Shown: piece by piece, positions 11,468-22,140 of the stretch | Layout of the letters: each line of letters starts with the position of its first letter | Numbering within the stretch: position 1 is the stretch's first letter | DNA from: Meyerozyma guilliermondii | Lineage: Eukaryota | Direction: 5' to 3' | Length of the DNA: 64,000 nucleotides | NCBI GenBank assembly: GCA_051546255.1 | Contig: CP128821.1 | Span: 434,001-498,000 of the forward strand | The notes under the pieces: model-generated | What the model was told of the DNA's origin: nothing | The model's input: only the letters and a program-made list of their open reading frames with translations | Database searches by the model: none | Position numbers and translations under genes: made by a program

Positions 11468-13171
11468 TCATACGAGAAAGTTAATCACCTTTTTGTACCA
11501 AGGCATAGCACGATATGCGGCTAATTTTTCATAATTTTCTTGTTTGACAAGCTCCAAATCGTTATTGCGTCTTCCAGTGTCAAGGTCCATGGTGTCCAAT
11601 GGCACGATAGTATTTAATTTTCTGGAGTAGATTTTGTGACCCACAAAAAAGAGCAACACTACAACCGCACCCAAGTAATTTTCAAAGAATACTTTGGCAT
11701 CTGGTTGTTTTCCAAGAGGAAAGAGAGCCGTCCAAAACTGAAAGCACAACACCACCACAAGGCACACACAAGAATAAAGTGATCCAATCCATCCTGTCAA
11801 CGCAGTATATGGAAGTTCCATAAGGTCTCTGCCTTGTCTCTGCATTCCCCATCTAAATCTCAAATGAGCAAGACAAACACTGAACCAAGTGAATAAGGTG
11901 GAAAGTCCAGAAAGTGCCATGAGCCAAGCAAACACCTCAGACTGTTTGGGAGAAGCAGCACAGAACGAAAGAAGTCCCACAAATGCTGCTAATGCTATTC
12001 CTGCCAAAGGTCTGCCTGCGCGATCGACATAGGAAAAAATCGAAGGTGCCAAACCTTGGTCTGCCAATGCAAGTATAGTTCTTGAAAATCCGTAAACGGA
12101 CGAGTTGCCAATCGCTAACAACGACACCAAAACCACCACGTTGAATATGGAAGGAAGAACTTTGATCCCACCGGCATTTATAGCAATGACAAATGGAGAA
12201 GCTGAAGCATCGGACGAGGCATGGCCCACCAATTTTTTAGAATCATAAGGAACCAAGAATCCTACCATGGTCAAAGTAACCATGTAGAACAACATGATTC
12301 TCCAAAACACCTGTTTGATAGCTTTTGGAAGAACAATCGAAGGATCTCCGGAAGATTCTGCTGCCGTCAAACCGATCAATTCTGTTCCTGCCAATGAGTA
12401 GACGGCAGTAACCAAAACGCTAACAACACCTTTGAACCCGGCTGAAAATGCACCAGGATGGTACCAGTACTTGGCTCCAATAAACCCCGACTTTCCTCCT
12501 CCACAGATTAACACAATTGCCAAAATATTGAATCCCACTACCCCGAGCACCTTGATGACAGAAGCCACAAATTCAGCCTCTCCAAACCCTTTATTTCCAC
12601 ACAAATTGAGCCCCAAGATGAACACGTAGAAGATTGCCACCCACACCACGGTATTTATATCGGATTGCCAGAACTGGATCGTCATTGAAGATGCCACTAA
12701 TTCAAGTGGAAGAACAATCACCCAAAAAAGTGCATAGTTCCATCCTATGGCAAACCCCCAAGAAGGGTCGACGAACCTGGTGGAGTACGTGGCAAACGAC
12801 CCAGACACTGGGAACACAGCAGCAAGTTCCGCTAACGATTGCATGGTACAATACAAGAAACTAGACACCACAGCCCATCCAATGAGAAGTGCTCCAGGTC
12901 CACCAGTTGCAAGTGCTGGTCCTGATCCTATAAACAATCCACTTCCCACACACCCACCAAGGGCGATCATTTGTAACTGACGCTTTTTAAGCGATTTATT
13001 CAAATTTCCGTCACTATTTTCGGCGCCTTCAATTTTTATATCAAGAGCCAGAGTGGACTCCGGAATCGTTGGAGACTCGGCACGTTTGAACGAGTCACGT
13101 ACACGGTGCCATGTTGTTTGTGGTTCATGAGCTGTTGTACGCAGCGACTCCGACGACAGAAGTTTATCCAT
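11468..13171 (-). CDS. Amino acid permease (YAT/Gap1-like family)
   Basis: LKKRQLQMIALGGCVGSGLF, FGEAEF, GTELIG, SPFVIA motifs. Confidence 0.92.
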   Translation of the reverse strand: MDKLLSSESLRTTAHEPQTTWHRVRDSFKRAESPTIPESTLALDIKIEGAENSDGNLNKSLKKRQLQMIALGGCVGSGLFIGSGPALATGGPGALLIGWAVVSSFLYCTMQSLAELAAVFPVSGSFATYSTRFVDPSWGFAIGWNYALFWVIVLPLELVASSMTIQFWQSDINTVVWVAIFYVFILGLNLCGNKGFGEAEFVASVIKVLGVVGFNILAIVLICGGGKSGFIGAKYWYHPGAFSAGFKGVVSVLVTAVYSLAGTELIGLTAAESSGDPSIVLPKAIKQVFWRIMLFYMVTLTMVGFLVPYDSKKLVGHASSDASASPFVIAINAGGIKVLPSIFNVVVLVSLLAIGNSSVYGFSRTILALADQGLAPSIFSYVDRAGRPLAGIALAAFVGLLSFCAASPKQSEVFAWLMALSGLSTLFTWFSVCLAHLRFRWGMQRQGRDLMELPYTALTGWIGSLYSCVCLVVVLCFQFWTALFPLGKQPDAKVFFENYLGAVVVLLFFVGHKIYSRKLNTIVPLDTMDLDTGRRNNDLELVKQENYEKLAAYRAMPWYKKVINFLV

Positions 13172-13258
13172 CAGTGAACAATAGGAAGAAATGAGTAATC
13201 AGCGCCGGTTTCGCAACCGTTGATGCGGCATTTTGCAACCTGTGCGCGGCGTTGGTGG

Positions 13259-13268
13259 CCGGAACCGG
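13259..13268. promoter_or_regulatory. Canonical Leu3-type site CCGGAACCGG
   Basis: Exact CCGGNNCCGG about 90 bp upstream of the permease ATG. Confidence 0.6.
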
Positions 13269-13390
13269 AAAAAGAAAAGAGCGCCGAAAAGAAAAAGAGG
13301 GCCAAATTGCGCCGAACAAAAATGATGTCATGTGACTTGGGTCACGCGCGTGTCTCCCCACACTCCGAAACGCTCCTTCTCGGCAACATC

Positions 13391-14989
13391 ATGACGTACC
13401 AATTGAAAAGCAGCAAAGACGTTTCTGTTCTCGGAAAATTGTACGAGCTCTGTGGCACGGAATGGGCAGGACCTATTAGTGCCCAGCAATTTGGCTCTGC
13501 AGTGGCCGAAGCGTATAAATACACGGACCAGCCGGAAGGATTTTGGTTTGAAGATGAAACCGGAAATGTCATTTGTACCGCCACCGTAAAGCATATTCCG
13601 GGATTATTTAAAGCTCCTGACAAGTCAAATGCAATTTCCTCGGTTCCCGACCCGGGAGTGTTTGGAGTTCGGCTGGTAACTCTTCTTCATTTTGGATATG
13701 TTTTCACCGCCAAGGAGTATAGAGGCAAAGGTTTAGCATCGCAAATGATCACACAGGTCATTGAGCATGTGGAGAATGATATAATTGACCATCACGTGCG
13801 CTCTAGCGACGACAAGAACGACAGTTTCAAGAATATGGCGGTTACCGATGGCGAGGTGGACCGGCAATTGGCCAACTATTACTTGGGTAAGGAATACTTT
13901 TGGGTGTTATATTCGGGCGCAGGCACATTCTACGAGAAATTCGGGTTCAAGAGCTACCCATTGGACTATTATGACATTCCTACATCGATTATTGATGAGG
14001 GTCAAAGACTGTTACTTCACGGATTGATGTTTGGCGAAGACGATGCTAGGGTTGTTGGTAAGAAACTTCGTATGCTTCATCAGTCGAACCCCCAGGATGT
14101 CGAGTTGGTTCAGTTTATTCTCCAGAACAAAGAATTGGAAATTGTTACCGAGTTGAACAAAATGCTGTTCCACTCTGAATTGGCTGGTAATCATAAATCG
14201 TCTTCCTCGTTAACAAATATGACCAATGTGTTGCAAATGTCTAAGATTGGTCTGCACCCAGCGTTGTCGTCGATTACAGAGATGTCCACTGCCGGCACTG
14301 GCCATCAAGCACCCAGTTCTGGTCAGCGGAGAAGATCGTCAATTGTGCAACAATCTGTACCAAAAGTTGCCTTGAAACCCGAATTGAATAACATTCAACA
14401 CTTGTGGACTTTGTCATCTCATGCTGCTGAAATAAGTGGAGACGAAGAGGTTATCAAATTTGACGATATGATGGGTGCCATCTTCACTAATGAACTTCAA
14501 CAAAAGTCCCATTATGTGATTTGGTCCACCATTAAACAATCACAATTGGTGATCTTGGCGATGGGAGAGCTCAAGTTTGATCATTTCGGGGCTCTTGGTG
14601 GTACTCATGGTCGTCGTGGATCATCCTTTACTGGACTAAATGATTTGGGAGGCTACAATTTCCAAGACTTGGATATCTTGATTAGTGTGGCTTGTATTGT
14701 TGCCCATAAGCGGAAATTGTCCGAACTGAGCCACATCCTTGCCTCCGTCAACGATCTTCCCGCTGGGTATCCTGCGCCTGTTCTTCATGATTATTTTCTC
14801 AACTACTTGCCTAAAGCCTTTGAAAATGTTCATGGAGCTGAAGATGATGCTGATGCCTCAAAACAAGTGAGATTCATTACAGATGCAGCCAACGAGATCA
14901 AGATCCTTCCTATGATGCGGCGGTTTGGTAAAACGTCTCCGAAATTTGACTTAGACTGGGTTTCGAGCGGTATGTGGTCATGGTCGTGA
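13391..14989 (+). CDS. GNAT-family acetyltransferase-like protein
   Basis: VFTAKEYRGKGLAS acetyl-CoA motif A; LYSGAG.FYEKFGF motif B; ATG at 13391. Confidence 0.7.
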   Translation: MTYQLKSSKDVSVLGKLYELCGTEWAGPISAQQFGSAVAEAYKYTDQPEGFWFEDETGNVICTATVKHIPGLFKAPDKSNAISSVPDPGVFGVRLVTLLHFGYVFTAKEYRGKGLASQMITQVIEHVENDIIDHHVRSSDDKNDSFKNMAVTDGEVDRQLANYYLGKEYFWVLYSGAGTFYEKFGFKSYPLDYYDIPTSIIDEGQRLLLHGLMFGEDDARVVGKKLRMLHQSNPQDVELVQFILQNKELEIVTELNKMLFHSELAGNHKSSSSLTNMTNVLQMSKIGLHPALSSITEMSTAGTGHQAPSSGQRRRSSIVQQSVPKVALKPELNNIQHLWTLSSHAAEISGDEEVIKFDDMMGAIFTNELQQKSHYVIWSTIKQSQLVILAMGELKFDHFGALGGTHGRRGSSFTGLNDLGGYNFQDLDILISVACIVAHKRKLSELSHILASVNDLPAGYPAPVLHDYFLNYLPKAFENVHGAEDDADASKQVRFITDAANEIKILPMMRRFGKTSPKFDLDWVSSGMWSWS

Positions 14990-15024
14990 ACCTGTATATG
15001 AATATATATAAAAAAGAAAAATAA

Positions 15025-15097
15025 AACCCACGGCGGGAGTCGAACCCGCAATCTTTTGATTAGAAGTCAAACGCGTTAACCATTACGCTACGCAGGC
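15025..15097 (-). tRNA. tRNA-Arg(UCU), intronless
   Basis: Reverse complement GCCTGCGTAGCGTAATGGTTAACGCG-TTTGA-CTTCTAA-TCAAA-AGATT-GCGGGTTCGACTCCCGC-CGTGGGTT; A and B boxes; T-rich terminator follows. Confidence 0.96.
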
Positions 15098-16099
15098 TTT
15101 GGTCAGTTCGTTATATTTCGTCAGTTTCTATATAGTGCACGGTGCAAGTGGCTGCAAATCGAAAGTCAATCAAGCAAGAAAACGCAAATTTGCCTCTCTG
15201 GTATCAGTTCGCGCAATTGTAAAACGTGCAAAGCTCTCAGACTTGCTCTGAATTCTGCAAACCACAATTCAATTCACGACTTCTAAGATGTTCTCTTGAC
15301 TTTACAAGAGACAATTTGTCCGTTTTACAAAGCAACTTTGTCGACACTGATTTGACTTTGATGAACTTATTCAAAACCCCCGTGATTCCTTCGTTTCTTA
15401 AAATTCACGATTAAAGTTTTAAAGTTTGCCCAAAATTTATTCAAAGGTGTTTTCTTGCTTTAACACAAAAAAGGTTTATAATACTTCTTCACTAAAATAC
15501 TTAGATATGAAACTTTGAAGAGTTATTTGAATTATAGTCGTGCACCAGTTTAGCTATTCTGTCATAGTGGTCAAATAGCACAGGAATCGCGCTCATAATC
15601 GAGGCTTAGATTTAATGTGAGACATTCAGTATCCAAACTGTGAAGCGAAAAAAACATTTTTCAACTTACTAGAACGATAAAACGAGTGGTTTAAATGGTG
15701 AATAAACTAAACTCTGGCCAAATCAATAACAATTAGACTACAAAAAGTTGATCATCACTTATGATTGAGTTCGAAGATTACAAATTTCAGAAAATTTTAA
15801 TGAAGTTAGTCTGCTTGACTTTGTCAGCTAATATGTGTTGGAGGCTGATATTTGTCTTTATCATAAACTGAAGAACAGATCACATGACACAAAACAAGAG
15901 GATTCAAGAGATCGAGCCATAACGAGAGTCAGAAGATATGAGGCGAAGGCGACAACGAAAACAAACAATAAAACAAACAGAAACAGATATGAATCAGAAT
16001 CAAAGAGGTCAAATATGATCCAGTAGTGACAACATCGCCAGATTCAATCAGCCTAATCTATCCACCTACCACCATCCTTCCTTTGTTGTCATTTATTCT

Positions 16100-16477
16100 C
16101 TAGAATAACATGTCCAAAGTACAACAGATACACAACGCTCCCAAACATGCCATCAAACATCCTTCTGATCCTCCTCCTCGCTGTTGTTGTTGAACATACA
16201 TTGGCTGCTGTTGTTGGTAATATCCTTGTCCCTGTGGAGGATAACCACCTTGTTGGTATCCGCCTCCGTATCCTCCTTGTGGTGGATACCCTCCCTGTTG
16301 ATATCCGCCTCCATACCCTTGTTGATGATGACCTCCAAAACCCCCGAACCCTCGGTCTTGGTCGTTTGGTGTGTAAGCTGGTTGTTGTTGGGGCACATAT
16401 CCGCCACCAGAAGTCAGATTTGCTTGGTTCCAGCTCGGGGGCGCACCCGTAGGAGCCTGATATTCTTGTTTAGACAT
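16100..16477 (-). CDS. CYSTM-module (Cys-rich, tail-anchored) Q/G/Y-rich protein
   Basis: GGYQQGGYPPQG repeats; C-terminus QPMYVQQ...GCLMACLGALCICCTLDMLF. Confidence 0.88.
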   Translation of the reverse strand: MSKQEYQAPTGAPPSWNQANLTSGGGYVPQQQPAYTPNDQDRGFGGFGGHHQQGYGGGYQQGGYPPQGGYGGGYQQGGYPPQGQGYYQQQQPMYVQQQQRGGGSEGCLMACLGALCICCTLDMLF

Positions 16478-16657
16478 TTACAGCAGTACTAATTGAGGGT
16501 GTAATTTATAGTGAACCGAGCCACTTTAGTGAGAATGACGTTGGGCTGTGTGCAGGCCGTTGGCATCGGTCTTGGCAGCTGCGGCAAGTCTAATCATATC
16601 TACTTTCATATAAATTACTTAAATTAACTATCATGTCAACCAATATCATCATGGTCA

Positions 16658-18160
16658 TTAGTATATATATCTGAAGTTGGGGTGTTTATCTCCCGCAAGG
16701 ATCTTTTCTCTTTCTGTTTTTTGATCCCATTTTTCAAGGTAAGCGTCAGTTTTCTTGTTCTTATTCAACTGGAAAACCGACAAGAAATAAAACACCATCA
16801 TGGCAATTGCAAACGAAACCGCTGCCAAACACACTATGAGTCCCGGTCTGTACACGGGAGCATCCTTAGCCAAGAATATAAAGGTGGCGATGATTCCACC
16901 AATATTTCCAAATCCAATTTGCCATGCGGTTCCCACCGATTTTCTCAAATGTCCTCCAAAATTCAAAGAGCTCCAGCACACCAACAATGGCATAGCGGTG
17001 TATAATCCTGAAGCGGTCAAGAAACATCCAGCGTACCGTGCTTGAGGATTGGTTTTTTCAGCAAGAACCAATGCTAACCCAATGATGGCTAAACATGAAG
17101 ATGCCAAAGCAAATGGCAATCTCATGCGAAGACGATCAGAAATGAACGAAACCACGTTGTTGAGCCCGAAAGCAGCAAGCCAGGGGTACACCGAGTGCTG
17201 GTTAGCGGAAACAGCAGTGTATCCCATTTGGTTAATAATGGTGGCTGCAAAATAAGCATAACCATAAGAGGGAATAATGAGACCAAAGTAGGCTAACGCT
17301 GGAAGCCAGATCATATAATCTTTGAAACACCTGGCCACATCTGTCAATGTGTTTTTCGTCTCGAATCCCGACTGAGCACCGGAATAAATCGCCAATTTTT
17401 CCTTGATAAATTTACGCTCATTCTCATTCAAAAATCTCGACTCCTCAGGAAAGTCAGCAATGGTGAAAAAAAGTATAATGGCACCCCCCATAGTGATGAT
17501 TCCGTCAATGATAAAGATCCATCCCCATGCTGGAATACCATTCTTGCCGTCTATTTCATGGATTCGGTATGCAATACTTCCTGATGCAGCACCGGCTAAA
17601 CAGGTGACGGAGAAAAATGCCGAAAACCGACGTTGAGCCTCGTGCACAGAGTAGTAGCATGAGAGAAGATAGAACAATGCAGGGAACGTTGATGCTTCGA
17701 AAATTCCGAGTAAAAACCGACATGCAGCCAATCCTCCGAAATTTTTAACAAATCCCATTCCTACTGAAATGGCTCCAAAACAAAGAATACATCCACTCAA
17801 CCATATATGTGGCTTCACGAGCTTGATGGTGAAGTTGGATAACACTTCGAATGCAACATATGGAACGAAAAAAAGCGTCAAAGCAGTGTTGTATTGGTTT
17901 CCCGTCAATTTCAAGTCCTCAGCAAGCCCATAAAGTTTGGCATTGGAGATATTCACTCTGTCCAAAAACGCCAAAAAGTATAAGAAACAGAAAGCTGGAA
18001 CCACACATACATCGATTTTTAACATCAACTTGCGCTGATTTATGCCATATTGCTCTGCAAGATTATTCACTTGCTCATCGGCCGAGAGGCTGGTATCATA
18101 CTTCTCTCCCGATATATCAGATACCACTTCAGATTCCCTGTCTTTAATCGTATCAGACAT
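16658..18160 (-). CDS. MFS anion:cation symporter (Dal5/Tna1 family)
   Basis: KLMLKID, FLDRVNISNA, RFLLGIFEA, FGNIGGI motifs. Confidence 0.9.
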   Translation of the reverse strand: MSDTIKDRESEVVSDISGEKYDTSLSADEQVNNLAEQYGINQRKLMLKIDVCVVPAFCFLYFLAFLDRVNISNAKLYGLAEDLKLTGNQYNTALTLFFVPYVAFEVLSNFTIKLVKPHIWLSGCILCFGAISVGMGFVKNFGGLAACRFLLGIFEASTFPALFYLLSCYYSVHEAQRRFSAFFSVTCLAGAASGSIAYRIHEIDGKNGIPAWGWIFIIDGIITMGGAIILFFTIADFPEESRFLNENERKFIKEKLAIYSGAQSGFETKNTLTDVARCFKDYMIWLPALAYFGLIIPSYGYAYFAATIINQMGYTAVSANQHSVYPWLAAFGLNNVVSFISDRLRMRLPFALASSCLAIIGLALVLAEKTNPQARYAGCFLTASGLYTAMPLLVCWSSLNFGGHLRKSVGTAWQIGFGNIGGIIATFIFLAKDAPVYRPGLIVCLAAVSFAIAMMVFYFLSVFQLNKNKKTDAYLEKWDQKTEREKILAGDKHPNFRYIY

Positions 18161-18566
18161 ATTTTTCGAATGGTTTTTTTTCGGGAATTTTATCTACTTA
18201 TGATTCACCTGTGAGTAATCAAGCCGCTTACCGGATATAGGTGAAAAATGTCCGATACCGCACACAGAACGCCTAAAAATGCGGAGAACCCGCCGGTATC
18301 GGGCCTGCAGGTAATTTCTGCCAAGCTTGACAGCTAAAGTCTGAAAAATATACCAGTCCACATTTTACATTGCCTATTTGGGCGGATGCAGTAAAACCAT
18401 CGATAGCTTGCATGCAGGCTACAATATAAGGCAAGCCTACGAGCCGAAAATCTATCAAAAAGACAGGAAAAGCGAGACTTCAGCTTCATACTTGCTTTAA
18501 ATGGCACAGACCAAATTTTAGCTACTTTCAGCTACAATCTGTTGGATTAGCATCATTTTCTTGTTT

Positions 18567-18597
18567 TCACGTGACTTTCTTCCAGGGCTCCCGCCCT
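18567..18597. promoter_or_regulatory. Cbf1 site plus Tbf1-like palindrome in the RPS5 promoter
   Basis: TCACGTGAC 18567-18575; AGGGC-TCCC-GCCCT 18584-18597. Confidence 0.55.
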
Positions 18598-18735
18598 TGC
18601 GTTCCGCCCGTTTGGCCCAATTAGGCAGTTATGCTCCCTTTTACTTAGGCACCGCGGCATCTGCATATTTCAGCACAGTCCAAAAATTTTTCAAATCACG
18701 GCCGCGAAACTAAGCTTCTTTCTAGTAACACCACC

Positions 18736-19410
18736 ATGTCTGACGTCGAGGAACAATACACCGAAGAACAACCAGTTGTTCAAGAAGAATTGAAATTGGT
18801 CGAGTTGGCCACCCCCATCCCAGCTGAAGTTCAAGCTGCTCAATCCGAGGTCAAATTGTTCAACAAATGGTCCTTTGAGGGTGTTGAGGTTAAAGATGTT
18901 TCTTTAGTTGACTACATTCAAATCTCTCAACCAGTCTTCGTGCCACACACTGCTGGTAGATACGCTGCCAAGAGATTCAGAAAGGCCAAATGTCCAGTCA
19001 TTGAGAGATTGACCGCTTCTTTGATGATGAACGGTAGAAACAACGGTAAGAAGTTGAAGGCTGTTAGAATCGTCAAGCACGCTTTGGAAATTGTCAACGT
19101 GTTGACCGAACAAAACCCTATCCAGGTTGTTGTTGATGCCATCGTCAACTCTGGTCCAAGAGAAGACTCCACCAGAATTGGTTCTTCCGGTACCGTTAGA
19201 AGACAAGCCGTCGATGTTTCTCCTTTGAGAAGAGTTAACCAAGCCATTGCCTTGTTGACCATCGGTGCTAGAGAGGCTTCTTTCAGAAACATCAAGAGTA
19301 TTGCTGAATGTTTGGCTGAAGAGTTGATCAACGCTGCTAAGGGTTCTTCCACTTCCTACGCTATCAAGAAGAAGGATGAGTTGGAGAGAGTTGCCAAGTC
19401 CAACCGTTAA
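18736..19410 (+). CDS. RPS5: 40S ribosomal protein S5 (uS7)
   Basis: [37 protein letters not shown]; strong codon bias. Confidence 0.99.
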   Translation: MSDVEEQYTEEQPVVQEELKLVELATPIPAEVQAAQSEVKLFNKWSFEGVEVKDVSLVDYIQISQPVFVPHTAGRYAAKRFRKAKCPVIERLTASLMMNGRNNGKKLKAVRIVKHALEIVNVLTEQNPIQVVVDAIVNSGPREDSTRIGSSGTVRRQAVDVSPLRRVNQAIALLTIGAREASFRNIKSIAECLAEELINAAKGSSTSYAIKKKDELERVAKSNR

Positions 19411-19452
19411 TGTACCTTATACATACATAATTCATGTCATCAATTTATTATG

Positions 19453-21119
19453 CTATACCCGTATTGGATAGAACATTCTTGTGAAATAATGCTGGGGTGT
19501 TAATAACCTATTATAGGTTCCTAATTGAACCTGGTTTATGTCTTTTTCTTTTTCTAGTTCATCTGTTTCGGACATTTCCTCGAGAGCATGGCGTCGGGTT
19601 TGTAATTTGCGCCGAACGAGCCATTCTCGATTAACCATCATAAGTAAAAATCCGAAAAAAAAGCATACTCCGGTGAAAATTTGTGGGTGCAAATATTGTC
19701 TTTTCAGCGACAGATTTACCAATTTCAATGCTATCACTTCAGCAACCAAGGAGAAAAACCCAACCAAAATATTAAGCCCAGACCATGCTGCCGGCAAATG
19801 AGCAGGAATTTCTACGAGATCCGCAGCCATTGACTGAGCCATGGTACTTCCCACTCCAACGATAAAGCCAATGAGAACGGAAAATCCAATAAGACTGGCA
19901 TAAGTTTTAGCATTGATCCAGAATGCCAAGATTAGTATGCTGCATGTTAAAGATACAAGACCGGAGGTATTATTGCGGCCAATTGAGTCTCCAAAATAAC
20001 CCATAATGGGTCTTCCAACCACTTGGGCTGCGTTCAAGATGGCGGTAATATTAGAGCCCTGAGATGCTGAGAGGCCCACCAGCTGGGCATATGGTGCAAG
20101 GGAGAAGAGAAGAATGATATAATTCATCAAAATGACCAGAAACCACAAGGCAAGAATCGCGAGTGGGTACCTGCGAAAAATCTTAAAATTGAACATGATT
20201 TTGGCATTGGCTAAAATGAACTCTTTGGTGAGTGTAGCCTTCAATGGGGTGTTTATACGCTTGCGGGGCCGTAATATTAACGCTGCAAACGTTGCTGCTG
20301 ATCCAGTGACAATTCCACACATTCGAAGTGCCCATCTCTGGTCTCCGGTGGTGTCAATTAACTTGTTGATACTAAGTGAAAAAACCACTCCTCCAAGCCC
20401 AGCACCGCCCACTGTGATGCCCATAGCGGTTGCCATGCGCTTGTCGAACCACGTTGGAAGAATGAAGGTAGCGGGTATGAAAACCATGACAAAAGATATA
20501 CCGACAAACACACCTTGAGCAAGGTATAAATGCCATAATTTGTAGCAAATGAAGCACAGATATACGCTGCGGTTTGAATAATGATTCCCAAGATAAACAC
20601 CGGAGTAGTCCCGAAAACTCGACATGCAAGTCCACTAAATGGTGCTAATGACTGAGCCAAGAAAACCACTATACCTCCGATAAGTGCAAAGTCGTATTTT
20701 GACGACCCGGCAAATTGGTCCAGCGATAAATAGTAACTGAGGAACACTCCGAACCCGGCATTGGCTCCCCAGGTGGCGAAAACCATTAACATTGAGCAAA
20801 TGGCCATTACCCATGCCATACCGCGGTCCACTGGTGGTCCATCGTCGTCGTCAATTTTTTCGTCTCCTTCATCTTCTGGGTCCTGTACTTCATCTAACAA
20901 GATAGACTCGGCCGCTCGTTGGTTTTTATAGCCATCGTACTCGATTTCGTCCATTTCAAGGTCATTTCTGATACTTGACATAAAACGAGAAAGTTCAGAA
21001 ACATGAGATTGGGTGGTGCAAACCTTGGGTAAATCAGTGTCTGTGGATTGGCGTAAACTCCGAGGATGATAGGAGTCGCCCGAGTGCAAAGATAGCGAAG
21101 AATTCGCAGATTCGACCAT
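19453..21119 (-). pseudogene. MCH-family monocarboxylate-type MFS transporter with a single frameshift (pseudogene or sequence error)
   Basis: Two overlapping ORFs join into ...ICASFAT-K-LWHLYLAQG if one T is added to TTT at 20539-20541. Confidence 0.8.
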
Positions 21120-22140
21120 TATTTGTTTGTATCAACCATATATAGTTTCACCTGTCAATATGTACAAATTGCTGCAATTAGATCTTTTTATGTAGCGCGC
21201 GATGACTAATGGTGCGGCTGAGGTTGACTCTGCGGCGGTGGACCCAACAAGAAGATATAGTAAGTTATTGTACTCAATGGCGTTGACGACACCTAGCGAT
21301 AAAGGGGAGCGATAAAGGGGGTTAGGATGCTCAAACAGCATTCAACATTCTTTGAATTTGGCCACCTACGAGCTGTGAACTAACTTTCAACGCCGCATCG
21401 GAAATTTCCTAAATTGTTTTTCCAGCACCAAATTGAGCAATTGACACGAGTTTATTTGTTAGCAGGTGTATGTGTTGTGGTATTTGGTGAGAGAAGTCCA
21501 CTCTTTTAATTTTGTTATCGTCGGAATGCCAGGCCCGTTATCGGCATCGGCTGCGATAAAGTGGAAATTGCAGCCGCGCACATAATTTGGCCAAGGAAAA
21601 AAGGGTAAAACGGTTAATGAAACGTGGGGAAAGAATAGCTGGAATGAAAATTGGAATGAAAGATAGATGAACATGACAAGATCGAGGGATGAGGATAATG
21701 TATTCAGAAGTGCAATTTCTTCCTAATTGTATTGGCTGCAAAATACCCTCTTCATAGTTACAAATTTCCTTGAGCATAATTAGTACAAAGTAGCCATCAT
21801 TGGTGTGGAATAAGTAAGTACTTCAATCTTCTACAGTGCCTTTTTCTCAACCTTGTGGAATTCTCAAAAGTTGCAAAATTGAAAATTTTTGCATTTTCCA
21901 TTTCAGTTCACCAAGATCAACAGCACACAATATAGCACCCACGTAATCATTATCAATACTATTGAGCCAAAGAACTAACCTTCTTATTCTATTTATTCGC
22001 TCTATACTTCTCTCCATTCCCATTCTCAATGTCTCGTTGCACCCAAACACCACCTGGTATCAACCGAAAGGGTGATCAAATCATTTAGGATCGCCTCCTG
22101 TAACTTCCACACAATAAACACATAATTTTCTCACTAAAAA

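Noticed and set aside
15100..16000. AT-rich region upstream of the tRNA as a solo LTR
   Set aside because: No TG..CA boundaries with target-site duplication and no second copy identifiable
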